The notes beneath the pieces are model-generated. The model saw nothing but the letters and a program-made list of their open reading frames with translations. It searched no databases and had not been told where the DNA came from. From contig OZ037765.1 in NCBI GenBank assembly GCA_964035545.1, positions 5,714,698-5,778,697 of the forward strand: DNA of 64,000 bases. The letters run 5' to 3'. Positions 13,301 through 26,749 of the stretch are shown here, in pieces. How positions within the stretch are numbered: the stretch's first letter is position 1; the number at the start of each line of letters is the position of its first letter. Made by a program: the position numbers and the translations under genes. The stretch is from Bugula neritina (lineage: Eukaryota; Animalia; Bryozoa).

Positions 13301-15802
13301 AGCAGTCATTCTATAAAGTAGGTTCTGCGTTTGTTCATCAACATCTGCCAAAGTGAGTAAGTGATTTTCTGCCACATCAAACAACGCAAGCTAAAATAGA
13401 ATGAGTTTTATGCAAACCAATTTTATCAACTCCGCTTCAAAACACTGTATGGATTCAATATGTTTTTGAAGGAATAAAATTAAGTTAATTCAGATTTACT
13501 GGAAATATGTCTTGCGAAATAAGCTGTTTACCATATTTCATAACAACAATTCACAGTGGTGATTAATGAAATTCTGGTGAGAAAGATATTTCTATCATAA
13601 CATAACTCCATTGTTGAGTCATAGCTTCCTGTATATTGCCACGACTCACTTCAACGATTAACTAGACACATTCATGCATAACCATGTATAAATATACAAC
13701 ATATTTTACTGTTCAACTTTATGTATTAAAAAACCACTACAAAAAGCTATAAACTACCTGAAGTTGAAAGAAATGGAGTCGCTCATATTCATTAATTCTA
13801 CGAAGTGACCTGCTCATGTAGACTACTTCTAACTGATGAACCACCAGGTTATCTCCCACCTCTTTAAACAAAGCTGTGTCATCTGATTCAATTGTATTAC
13901 GAAACAAAAAGTCACGCTGATCACTCAACATCTTCTGCCCTTTGTTCCAATAAGCATAATACTCTGCAATGTCTACACAATCCGAATATATTTGCCAAGC
14001 CCCTTTTACTTCCAGAGCTTCAAATGTGTACATTGCTCCAGTAGCCGTGTTTTCACTTTCGGGTGAAATAATATTTTTTCCATTCTTGTAAGGGTTTAGA
14101 TTGTGTGTTAGTAGCTGCAATGCAAAAGTGTTGGACTCTTCGGCTATCCCCTCAATAGTTTTGTAGTTATTAAAATGCAGAAGCTGGGCATTTCCATCAA
14201 CAACATTGAGGATATAATTCTTCTTAGTAGTCGTATCACTGGAAAATATCTTGATCATGGCTTCGAGTCCCTCCTCAAAACTCGGTGCTGAATGTAGTCC
14301 GATTAAAGCTTCTATTAGTAATTGTTCTTGCATGGACTGCTTTACCCTGAAGTCGGCTCTTTTGGCTATCTCTTGTAGTTTCTCGTAGTAATTTGGCACC
14401 ACGTCATCTCCAAGTCCGTAACCCATGTTTTTATTAGCCAGAATCTTGCCAACATATGCCATTGAGTAGTTGGAATCAATGGCAATAGCTTTGTCTAGCA
14501 TATCATGAGCTAAGATATACCAGCCAGCTTCCATGGCCTTCCAACCAAGTGCGAAATTGTGGTAGGCTTGTTGATCTGTAAAATTATATAAATATGTATT
14601 CCAACTTTTGATTGTTGTTGCATGATAAGTTATTCGCAAATAGCTCTACTAAAATGCTTTGACTAAAATTGTATAACCTTGTGTTTATAAATGGGCAAGT
14701 GAAATATCATGCTATATTATATATCTAAATTTGAGTTTGAGCATAATAAAATTTCAATAGTTATTAACTGCACCTAATAGCTTTATACAAGAAAGCAGTT
14801 ATTCTAAAATAACAAAAGGTTAAAAAACAATGTATGAATATTTCAGTTTATAGGACTTTGCGATTTCTTTCTGGCAAATTACAGCAATAGATTTGACCAC
14901 AGATGTTGATTATGTTTAAACTATACTCTACAAGTCCGCATTCACAAGAATAGGCCAACTCTGAAAATTATGACACCAACATAATAATAACAAGAGAAGA
15001 TTAAAGTCATAAACCATTTAGGTCAAGTTCTTTGATTTATTTACCAACAAAGATATCACATAGCTTATTTACCATCATCTGTACAGTTAGGGTTTGGCTC
15101 TTCTCGAAGGTATATACGATAATGAGTTGAGGCGACATTGTTTCCAACATAATCAGGGTCTAGTGTACCGAAAGAAGGATTTTCTGAGTACACATATCCG
15201 GTGATGTTGTGAAGTGCACACTTCCCTGCATTGGCTTGAAAATAGTCGCAGGCTCTACACACAAACTCCTTTTCCGTGAGACAGGCCATAACACAGCCCT
15301 CTGCCGACAGCGCGTCTCGTTCAATGGATCGCTTCGCTGGTCGAGTACGAAAAGCGGTTGTACCATATACCCGCTCATTCGAAAAGGATTCAAGAAGTTG
15401 GAAATTTAAATCAAAAACTTTGGATATTTCTTCCTCATCACATTTGGTAACTACAAAGAGGCACAACTAACAATGCATTATAATTTGAATATAAGCACGA
15501 CACCATCAACGAAATTAAATACCAACCATTTTGGTTGCCTATTACACTGACGAAAAGCAAAGCAAATTTGTTTTTTTAAGGAGGGAAATAAATTTACCAA
15601 ACAAAAAATAAACAAAATACTTACAAGTGCCAAGAGAAAATGGATGTATAAAAGAAATGCTTTGGCCAAGAACCTGTCCATCATCCCAAAGTCTTTGAGC
15701 TTGAAGTGGACTTAAGTTTATACTAGTCTGTTGCCCAAAGACACCAATGTGAGCATGGGAGAGTATTATCCAAATAAACAGGTACGATGCTTTAGCATTC
15801 AT
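10350..15802 (-). CDS. Type-I membrane protein, paralog A (~864 aa): signal peptide, PAN/Apple domain, TPR-like helical ectodomain, TM, cytoplasmic tail. Exons 15625-15802, 15073-15450, 13758-14575, 13259-13390, 12810-13051, 12343-12599, 11642-11749, 11335-11549, 10744-10928, 10350-10431
   Basis: All ten exons have GT/AG boundaries in compatible phase, total 2595 nt (divisible by 3), and match paralog B exon for exon. PAN Cys pattern SAEGCVMACLTEKEFVCRACDYF...KCALH; TM YVIIGVAVATVVIIVIIVGILCL followed by RKK. Confidence 0.85.
10966..11067. repeat. Minisatellite, 33-bp unit (TATGTTTAGTCTAGTTGTGAGTACGCAGGTAAT) x ~3, intronic
   Basis: Direct tandem repeats visible. Confidence 0.9.
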
Positions 15803-16885
15803 TGTTGTTGAGCTCCGAGTTATAACATTGAATATGTCAGAGAAGTAACACTGTTGCAGCATATTATACTACAACACTGAGATACATCATGGTTAGATTG
15901 TGACATTTTGGTATTTTTAGCTTCTGAAGCGTATAACTATTAATAACCAGTAGGTAACAAATGGATCCAATTTTTAATTTGAAGGGAGAGGGTTATTATT
16001 GAAATCTTGATATTTAGGTAAAAAGTCAATTAAGTTATTAAAAACAATTCATTTGAGCTCGCCGATTAGTTTAATACAAAAAATTGCGTCAGCTAGAAAT
16101 AAAATGTGCTAAATTTATGAGACAAAACTCTGGTGAAGAATTTTCCTGTATCCACCACTTTGAGCCAGATCACTGGAGCGAGAATCCCAAATAGGTTGTT
16201 CATAGAAACTGAATTCATTACCATGGAGCTGATATGCTCTATGAAAAACAATTGGGGATAGCATGGAAGAATATCAGCAAATGTGAAGTATGAGTAGACA
16301 TGCAGACATGCAATAAAACTTGTGGAAATGAGTTAGAATGTTGACGAGCCACACATTTTTGTGAGTGTGTATTCAACGATGTTACAAATTTCAATACATC
16401 AAACATTTTAATACAAGATAAATGCTATTAAAAACATTTCTAGTTCAATGAAGTAATAAAGGAAGTAGACTTTTCCGTTGTCATTTAAGACAACAATCAT
16501 TCTCAAGGTAACTATGCTATGATCGAGATACGAGTACTTGATAGAATAGACACAGTGATACATTTTTACCATTTATATTAACCAACAATATTGAAAGGAT
16601 TAGAAATAAAGAATAGTACGAAGGTGCCAAAGGTTAAAATTTAATAAATTATATAGTAAAATAAAATATTTTTGGCCTAGAACTATGCAAATTGTCTTTG
16701 TTTTATAAATTTGCATCTATCCAAAGTAGTGTTACACTAGTTACAAACGACTTGAAAGAATCAGAATGCGGTAAAGTCTACGACTCACAGTAAAAAAGTA
16801 ACAGGATCAAATAAAGTTAGCTATATAGGCTAAACGAACGAGTCAATTATAAAAAACAAAGACACAACTTTGCAACGCAGGGCTT

Positions 16886-19800
16886 CTAATGAGAACTCGA
16901 AACATGGATTTCTCCATTAGTGTTTCCAACACCTCCAATAGTATTGCTTCTCTGTGTATAATCTTCATTATGGAAAGGTCTTCTACAAAAACAAGATAGG
17001 GGTTAGGTTCTGCTAAAAATAAAACCAATTAAAAATAAATTCAGGGAGAGTAAATAAAAGATAATACAAACCAACCGGTATTCAAATAGGGAAATAGAAG
17101 AGAGAAAGTTTAACACACACAAACACACCATGCTGAGAATTTTCACCAACAAATCAATATAGGTAAAATGAAGAAATGAAAGAAAACTCGGCGTTACCAA
17201 TCCAGTAACTTAGTAAACAGTTCAAACAGAGCCACATATTAACTACTATCAACATTTCCAATGCACGTCTAATAGTTTGCATTGTAAATAGTTGATGCTA
17301 GCTTAAGATTTTCAAACTTGTAAAGATAAAAAATATTGGGTGTGTGATAATTAGATAAAAGCTGTGGGAGTTTGACCAAGATATCTGAATATAATAAACA
17401 AATCTTCCCGACAGCATATTGATAGAACACTTTCTGTATTCTTTCCACAAAGAGCATTCAACACTAATATTGCTTTTTTTCTAGAAGAGAAACTTGTCCC
17501 AATAATAAGAAACTTTTATTAAAATTATACTTCATAAAACGAGTTGCAGTCTCTGTAAAAAGGGACAACTCCCTGATTTAAGGTAGCTACAACAAATAAA
17601 GAACTGATTAACTGGTTAATCAGTATGGTATTAAATAAAGAAAGATACGTGAATACATACTGTATACTTAGTGTCTGACTAGCATACGGAGTCGGGTCAG
17701 GTGACCTTCTGTTCAACGTGCTAATCGGCATCACCGAGCCGCTGCCGAAACTATCCTGACGAGCAAGATTAGGGCCTGAAAAAATGAATGCTTCTTCCTT
17801 CTCTTTATTCTTCTGAGGAGCTTTAGCCTTTCTTCTCAAGCAGAGAATCTATAATTGAATTAAGTGCAAAGTGAAGAACAGAAGCTGCTCTGGTTGAGTT
17901 ACAGAACACTGGAGTTCTATGTAATAACTTCTACTGCAACAAATGTATCGATTAGTTTGAATAAATATAACACTGTTTCTGTGCTGCCAATACGGCATGC
18001 TACTAATTTTGTATGATGTCAACATAATTTTCAAAAATATTCAAAACTGTGATAACCTGCTATAAAATATTTTCTGAAAAATAACGAGGCAAAACTGTCC
18101 ATTCAAACCAGCAAATCTTTGTCATTCTATATTTACAGCACGTATCTATAAGGCGTACCAATGTACACGTTTCTATTTAAGGTAGACTAAGGCCGTAAAT
18201 TTCCCTAAAGCTCGTCATATTTATTATAGCATTCTTCATATTCTTGAAAGTCATAATACTTACACCAACAATAATGACTATGATAACGACTGTAGCCACA
18301 GCCACACCAATAATTATGTATCCGCCCCAACAAAGACTTTTCTTGTCAGCGGAGCGAATCTGGAACACATCAGCCGGGCAACCAGATAGTGGTTTATTAA
18401 AATAGAAATCCACAGCTTGTTGGGAATCTGTTTTAGCAGGAAATGCTCCGGAGACTTCAGCGTGTTGCCAAGCATTTGCTACAAGTTACAAAGTTGAAGA
18501 CTAAATAAAAATTTCAGTAAATAATATTTTAATTTAAAAATAAATATGTTGAAAGTTATTACAAGCATACCTAGCTTATTGAATGCCAACACGTATTCTG
18601 GCCATGGACCGTCTTCATCTTTTGGATCATCTTTGTGCTTTTCGTAGAGACTTTCCCCATAGCCTCTTAAAACACCTGTTAGTAGCGGTCAAAACTATTC
18701 ATTACAACTGAATTACCGACATATTTGCTTGGAATTTAACTTAAATTTGCGTGATTAGAAAACTGTAAGGACAACTCCTACAAAAAAGTCTAAAAACTTT
18801 TCTGTTACATTGATCTACATATATTGTCAGATTTGACATTTAGGCACTGTGCTTTGCAATACAAAAGTGGCAACTAAAACTACTGTTCCTAAAAACTTTA
18901 ATGCTATTCAGTTCGATAGCAAAATAAAATCACACGTTATAAAAAATAAAAATATTACAATAAGTAAAATAGTCTCTATATATTATACATATGGGTTCAA
19001 AACTAAGGTCATTAGTGATGTCAAGAAAAGTACCAGATTATAAGTTCTCTTTGCTAAGACCATGTGGTGTGTGTGTGTGCATGTAGTGTGTGCATGTAGT
19101 GTGTGCATGTAGTGTGTGTGTGCGATATATATATTACATGCGTATTTCTGATCAACCCACACACATAGATGTCTATTTCACTGTACTGCTGCTAATTTAA
19201 CAACAAAGGGAAACTTACGCGAGGTGTTGAGAGGTGGAGTGTTGACTGCTCTACGGTAGGCAGCAATCACTTCATCAATTGTTACAGAATTATCAAGAGA
19301 GTTGAAGTACATTGACCTCAAAGTGTCTGCCTCAAACTGATAGCCGAGAGGGATGAGCATTTTGTACTCCGTAGACTCTGTGTTACCTTCTATAGAAAAG
19401 TTAGCGCCTACAAGAGATTCCTGGAGCTCAGCTGCTTCAAATCCTGATTTTATGGCAGCAGTCGTATCCCCATCACTGTAAAAGACAATGAAATTAAATT
19501 GAAATGTCAACTTAGTAAGAAAATGAATTAGAATTACAGTTTTTATTGCGAATGCTATTGAAGTTGAAAAAGTAGAAAAGTAAATTTACAGTTGGTTTTT
19601 ATTAGTTTACCAAATTAAAATTCAATATTATATTTTTACAAATCAAATTTTCAAAGTAACCAATGAGTTTGCTAAATTACAGCTTTCTTAGTGAAAGCAG
19701 AAAATGCAATTTTATTCAAAACTTGTATACTGTAATCTCAAGCGTAAAATCCTCCACCATAGTTTCTGAGATATGAATTACTTGTTATTTACTGCAATTG

Positions 19801-22800
19801 AACAATGACCAGGGTGATTTGCTACCACATCTAAACCCACAGCTCAAATATATAAACTGTTTAAAGTATCATAACAGAAAAACTGAAACTCAACATGTTA
19901 CAATAATAGTGACAATCAGAATATATAACATTCTGTTAAGTTACAGGGAGTTGTCAATATTATATAGAAAGATTTTACCAAAATAAAACTCCATCATTGT
20001 GTAAAGCTGCGTTTATCCATGTACGAGTTTTTAGCAAAAGTATAAATGAACCATAAGAATTGCAGTGACATGCCAAGATTAGGGCATTATTGTCCTAAGC
20101 CAGCACAGAGCTCATGTACAGGGCTATTGAGTAGTTGTCTTTAGGACTTTAAAATCTACTTACACCTTTTGCTTAGTACCAACTACGATTAGCTTATAAA
20201 GATCTACGAGCAACTTGTAAGAGTTTTCTTTCGCAGCCAATTTGGCACTATCAAGTGCTGCCAGGATATCATCTACATCATCTCCGTTATTCAACTTTTG
20301 AACTGCAGCAGCAGTCCAATAATATGCTCGACTTATCACTGCCAAATCATCGGTACTAGCGGAGAGGGGTAAAAGCCAGTCAGGGTCAAACTCAATTGCC
20401 TTTGCCTGTAACAGGCAATCATTGTGATCCTTACAAAACAAAACCTAGGCATCTGATATAACACGCATGTATAAGTTTGCACTGACGCTCACGTGACTTT
20501 ATGGTCATTATCCCTGTGAGAACCTCTAATGAAAAGGGTTACTTTAAAGCCGGCTAAAAACATTTTCTATTGGAGCAATTATGAATGCATGCTCTTCCTA
20601 ACATCACCAGCAGTGTTTAGACTCAAACCATTGACCTTGTGTTTACTAGGCCAGAACTCTAACCAATGTACCACAACTGCTCATAATTTTGTTCTAGCTG
20701 TGCAACTATAAAGGCCCACAAATAAGTAATAGCACAATTTTTTCATAATGGCAAACTGAAAATTCTTTAAAAGCAAACACACTAAATTACCAAAAGTTTG
20801 CTGCAGTAAACATTGACAATAGTGTTAATTACTACTTTTAGCAATATTTCCAACTAGCCAACAATAAAGAAACAATACCAGGACTACATGTAGTTATGAG
20901 TTTTACTTACGTATACATCATATATATAGTCATAAGTACTAAAATATGCATTAGCAGCCATCCTGTAGAGCAGAGCTTTAGTTTGCTTATCTCCAGACAA
21001 TAAATCAAGATCAATCAAACCCATCAAGTGATTTTTCGCCACATCAAAATAAGCAAGCTAAAATTTTTAAAAACATATTTTAACTCACAATTATAACAAT
21101 TATCTATTACACGTGTCAATATTTTTCTGTAATTATTGAAATCAAATATTTTTAACAATTATATTCCAACAGGGTACCAAAATACCTAAAAAAACTACCT
21201 GAAGTTGAAAGAAATGGAGTCGCTCATATTCGTTAATTCTACGAAGTGACCTGCTCATGTAGACTACTTCTAACTGATGAACCACCAGGTTATCTCCCAC
21301 CTCTTTAAACAAAGCTGTGTCATCTGATTCAATTGTATTACGAAACAAAAAGTCACGCTGATCACTCAACATCTTCTGCCCTTTGTTCCAATAAGCATAA
21401 TACTCTGCAATGTCTACACAATCCGAATATATTTGCCAAGCTCCTTTTACTTCCAGAGCTTCAAATGTGTACATTGCTCCAATAGCAGCTTTTTCACTTT
21501 CCGTTGATATTCTTTCTTTTCCATTCTTATAAGGATTCAGGTTATGAGTAAGCAACTGCAAGGCGAATATATTCGACTGCTTGGCAATTCCTTCAATCAC
21601 TTGATAACTATCATAAACAAGTAATTGAGCATTTCCATCAACAACATTGAGGATATAATTTTTCTTAGTAGTCGTATCACTGGAAAATATCTTAATCATG
21701 AGTTCGAGTCCTTCCTCAAAACTCGGAGCTGAATGTAGTCCGATTAAAGCTTCTATTAGTAATTGTTCTTGCATGGACTGCTTTACCCTGAAATCGGCTC
21801 TTTTGGCTATCTCTTGTAGCTTCTCGTAGTAATTTGGCACCACGTCATCTCCTAGCCCGTAACCCATGTTTTTATTAGCCAGAATCTTGCCTACATATGC
21901 CATTGAGTAGTTGGAGTCAATGGCAATAGCTTTGTCTAGCATATCATGAGCTAAGATATACCAGCCAGCTTCCATGGCCTTCCAACCAAGTGCGAAGTAT
22001 TGGTATGTAAGCTGATCTAAAAAACAACATATGTTTTCATCAAAACTAAAGTTTATGAGTTCACAATATTGTGAGTGGAATTGTAAGCAATTGGTCATGA
22101 TACTATATACCTATACTTGATAATGAAGCAGTTATGAATGTTGACCTACCTTCATCATAACATGCTATTGGAACCTCATTCTTTTTATATAAGATGTAAT
22201 GATCTGATGCGGGGTTATCTCCCACATAAAATGGATCAGTGGTAGTCGGGTCTTCCAGGTACAAGGGACCAGTGGTGTTATAAAGAGCACATTTTCCTCC
22301 ATCTCCTTTGAAATAATCTAGATCGCGGCACACAAATTCTTTTTCAGTGATACAAGCCAATACACATGCTTCAGCCGATAAAATCTTATTCTCCACAGTC
22401 CGAATAGCTTTAGCTTGGCGATATGCTGACTTGGTCACTACTCTGACATTCAGGTTTGAATAATCGGATTTATCAACTTTGTCTATCCGGTATGGATCCA
22501 GGAATTGGAAATCAGAAGTGAAAACATTTTTTATTTCCAGCTTGTCGCAGTCGGTAACTAAAAATATGCACTCGGCAATTTATGTAAACATTTTTATCCT
22601 ACATGACATAACTTACATTGAAAAATAGCATAGGCACAATATTAAAAACAACATACCAACAAAAGAGTTCTGTCAAATAAGCTTTCACCAGCAGTAAATT
22701 AAAAAATGAACACAAAATGTCAAATGGTTTATATGTCCGGTTTGCCTTTGACAGGTGAATATTGAAGCAGTGTAAAGTTTCACTAGAGTAGAATTACTGG

Positions 22801-23000
22801 ATATGTTTTAAATAAGCATGAGACTTACGGGATCCAAGAGAAAATGGATGTGAAAACGAAGTACTTCTACCCAGAATGCTGCCATCATCCCACAGGCGCT
22901 GAGCTTGAGAAGTGTTGAAATGTATATTAACTTGCTGCCCATACAGCACATAACGACATGTGTATATTTGAAAAATAAATATTGCGATCCACCATCTCAT
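16886..23000 (-). CDS. Type-I membrane protein, paralog B (~882 aa), same architecture as A. Exons 22829-23000, 22150-22557, 21199-22016, 20911-21057, 20164-20405, 19219-19475, 18571-18675, 18264-18478, 17661-17848, 16886-16982
   Basis: Exon lengths 818, 242, 257 and 215 are identical to paralog A; total 2649 nt in frame. Signal peptide MRWWIAIFIFQIYTCRYVLYG; PAN motif SAEACVLACITEKEFVC; TM YIIIGVAVATVVIIVIIVGILCL. Confidence 0.85.
19064..19122. repeat. (GT)n / GTGTGTGCATGTA compound microsatellite
   Basis: Seen directly. Confidence 0.8.
20488..20682 (-). mobile_element. tRNA-derived SINE (family S, copy 2), in intron 4 of paralog B
   Basis: Reverse complement reads GAGCAGTTGTGGTACATTGGTTAGAG...TGATGTTAGGAAGAGCATGCATTCATAATTGCTCC...GGTTCTCACAGGGATAATGAC, collinear with copy 1. 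Confidence 0.7.
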
Positions 23001-24040
23001 GATTTTCTAGTTACTTTGTTACTTCACAAGATATACCGAAAATTGTGATGGAAATGCACCGAGACTGGAAGTATTTTCGAAGCATAAGGCTCTTTCAGCA
23101 CAGCTAGTGACTAGTACAGCTCTCACGTAAATCCACCAAGTCCTCCTTCTAATTGCAGGTTAATTATGTGCAAAAGAAGAGGTGGATTCAGCAGGGGTAA
23201 ATTCACTTAATGTTAAGAGACTTGATATTGAAAAAAAACGAGCACCACAGAGCGAGACTGCATCACAATTTGCTATTGCTATAGCTAGACTTGCGCCAAG
23301 AAAAAAAATGCTAGGCAAGTAGCAAAATAATACTTTTCCCCTCCAAATAATCTATTTGAAAATCCGCTCTTTGTCAGTTCAGTGAAGCAAAACCAATTTA
23401 TGCTAGTTCACCATGAATAACGTTGAGACCGCAAGATGGCAAAACTCATTAATCATATCAACAAGTAGAATACTGGCAAAAACCTAAGCCCAAGGGTGTA
23501 AATCTTTATGTACAAGAAAATATGTCATGACGTTCACGATGGACAATTTCCTTGCGTAAAACGAAATCTACATAAAAAATTCAAGTAGCAAATGACAAGA
23601 CTAATCAATTGCTAATGAGTGGCTTGAAGACAACTAGGGTCAAATCTTCATCAGTTCTGTTTGGTAAAATCTGGATGGAAGGTTTTAAAATATACCATTT
23701 GACTGATGAAAACTTTGTGTGAATTCAACTGCATACTTATGAAGTATAACCATTGTATTATATTTATGAAACATATAGGGAAATTACATCTGTTGGAAGC
23801 ACCACTGGCATATATTCAACAATCTACTAAAATAAATTATAAAAATATTATAAAAAGTCATTCAATCTACCTAATGTATAAATATAGTTGAAACACAATA
23901 CCATCAGATTGTCTTTAAAAGCGTAGCTTTATATTTACACTTATATGTATATTATGTAGCATACAATGATAGAGGGATTATATAAAAATCCTGTTGAAAA
24001 CATACAATGATTTATAAAAACCGATATAAGCAAGTCTTAC

Positions 24041-26059
24041 CTAGCCTTTATTCCCAGAGCACATGTGTCTACAGTACGAAATACTGTCTGAGAACACACC
24101 AACCATACATATAAGCCATAAGATGAGAGGTAGCAGAGACAGAGAACATATTAATATAATAACCAAAGTCTCACGTTGTTTACTTGTTGACTCATCAAAC
24201 CTACAAGATTACATAATATTTTGCAATGAAAAAATGCTGAGTTGTAATTGAAATAGATAGACACGTGAATATCCTATCCTGTTGTAGACTCAATAACAGC
24301 AGCAAAAATATAATATAGTTTTTAAAATGTACTTATACACAACTGTCTGCTATCATAGATATTGACGCAAAATAGTCACGTTTTTCACGGAAAAGTCCTA
24401 ATGTCTCCTAAACTGACTAATTTAAATCGTATATTTTAGGGGTTAGCAAGTAAGTACTATAACTATTAATAAATGCTAATAAAATATGTTGAGTTCCCAA
24501 ACATGGCAGATAAATAAATAAAATTAACCTCTCAGGAGTGTAAAACAGACAGCCAGCCAACCAGAGCATCACAACCAGAATTCCTAGTAACTCCCGGGAC
24601 TCTTCATAGTGCAGTGGGTTGGGACCATGAGGTATAGCCCGGGTTTCTTCAGATATATACATGATGGTGTACGAGGCTATGGCTAAGCAGTATGCCATTT
24701 CCAGCACTACTAGAACCTTCCACCATATACTACCTACAGTAAATCATACACGTCTTTCCATTATAAATAATGTAAAACTACTTTGCACAAAAATTTGAAA
24801 GTTTCTATGAGTCATACAAATATTTCTTTCAAATCAAAAATATAAACAGGCGTCTTTAGCCTGACCTTTATATGCTTAGCCTGACCTTTATATGCATTCA
24901 ATTTTGAACTTTTTTAATCAAACCCAACTAGTAGTTAAGAAAAAGCCTTGCTGTCAAGGTTAGGTTGCATCTCAAGACATGATTAACTAGTTGAAGTAAC
25001 TGAGTGATGTACATTCTAGGAGCACAGTCTTTGACTGTCCCTCTGGCCTCTACAGTCTACACTCATTGGGAAAAGAGGACAACTTCTTTTCTCACTCATT
25101 AAACACAAACACAAGTTGGATTTTCAATATAAATACTTAGAGCTACAAACAAATTCGATGATTTTGTTTTTAAAAACTCATCAGTTTGGCAACAAAAATA
25201 TTTGTAAATACTGAAAACTGAAAAATGTTTAGCCAAAAAGAACATAATGCTGAATTCAGGCTAGTCAAAGAAATTGTGAAATTAATAAAATTATATGTAG
25301 CTAATTTGAAACTGTGATTCTTCAGTTTGAAAGAAATATTTCAAAATTGAGAGCAAACAAGAATTGCTCAGCAAGATAAATCAGAGATGATACGCCAACA
25401 CTGTGTATATAAGACTGGTTGAATACCTTGAAAGTTGGGTGAAGTAGCTATTGCCAAACATAGCAAGCTTGCCAAACCATAAAGTGGCTGTAAAAATAAC
25501 AGAAATTATAACCAAAAAGTTTATAAGCAAAAATATAGTACCAAATAAACATTAAAATATTAGTAGAAATTTGCCTATAAAAATAATGGTCAATAATACA
25601 TTTCTAAGGGCATCTGTTAGCAAGCACCTACTTGTAAAGCTAAAAACTGAAACATTTTCCAAACAAATTCTGCAGTATAGAAAAGCAAGTGCGTCCAAAA
25701 AGGTATTATTGATTTATCATAGCTTTCTATAATGCAGTTAAACCATTCTAGGTTAGACGTTAGTGGGACCTTGGCACTGTTACTAGTGCAGTTGAGTTAT
25801 TTTTAAAGCTAACATAAATATGACAAATTTTAAATGCATCGGATAATATGAACATTTGTAAGAGAAAAACTATAAAAAAAGACATTATAAAAATACTAGA
25901 TTTACTAACCATCCACAACTCTGGATCAGGATCATTGTGCTGGAGTACAGCACATATGCAAGTAAAGACTGCCATTACAGCATTACATATTCTCCATGTT
26001 TTAAGTCTCAAAGATGCTTTTGGAGGTGCAAAAGAGCGGTGGCCTATCTCACTAGCCAT
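24041..26059 (-). CDS. TMEM220: Transmembrane protein 220. Exons approx. 25910-26059, 25427-25487, 24528-24732, 24041-24200
   Basis: WRICNAVMAVF...LQHNDPDPELWM|PLY and EESRELLGILVVMLWL are TMEM220 family motifs; multiple TM helices; stop TAG at 24041-24043. Confidence 0.85.
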
Positions 26060-26749
26060 CTAATTAAAAGTGCTGCAAGTTGAAATACAATTTCATTAAT
26101 GGTAGGAAATTTAAAAATACAAAGAAATGTATTTATATGTTAATGAAAACAACAGTTTGATAAAAGATAATATACTGTAATTTGATACAAAATATCAAGT
26201 CAATAAGCTAAGACATTAAATCTTTTCAACAGCTAAAAGCAAAGTGAGTGAAAAATAAATTATCTAAACTCATCATAAGTACTTCCTTAAAAGTTAAATG
26301 CATATAAGTGAAACTACTAAACATAATAGTACAAAACAATTAAGTGTAAAGTAAAATAGAAACAATTTATCGAAATATTTTTAGCAAAAGTTTTATGGAA
26401 AAACTCTGATGCAGCTCTTCCATTGTACACAGATTGTGGCATTAATGATAATGCTCTTACTTTATGCTCAAAATGGGCATTCTGCCATTGAGCTTTCTAG
26501 CAGCAAGGGTAAGCTGATGGGCTTTATGTAAAGCTTATAGTTATAAGTGTTGTAACTCTAACTGCATTTTAACTTAAATGTACACATTAAAATATGCTTG
26601 TGGAGAGAAATTAGTGCAAAGCCATAAGTGTAAACCGTGGTGCTCTGTTCTGTGCAGACGAGGGGGACAATCCCTGAAACAGCTGCTGCACACATATTGA
26701 GTATATATTATGGTGAAGAGTACACGTTACCAAAGTGTTTTAATTTCTA

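Noticed and set aside
10350-23000. Receptor pair as an uncollapsed-haplotype assembly artefact
   Set aside because: Introns and several exons are far too diverged for alleles, and both copies have intact, distinct reading frames.
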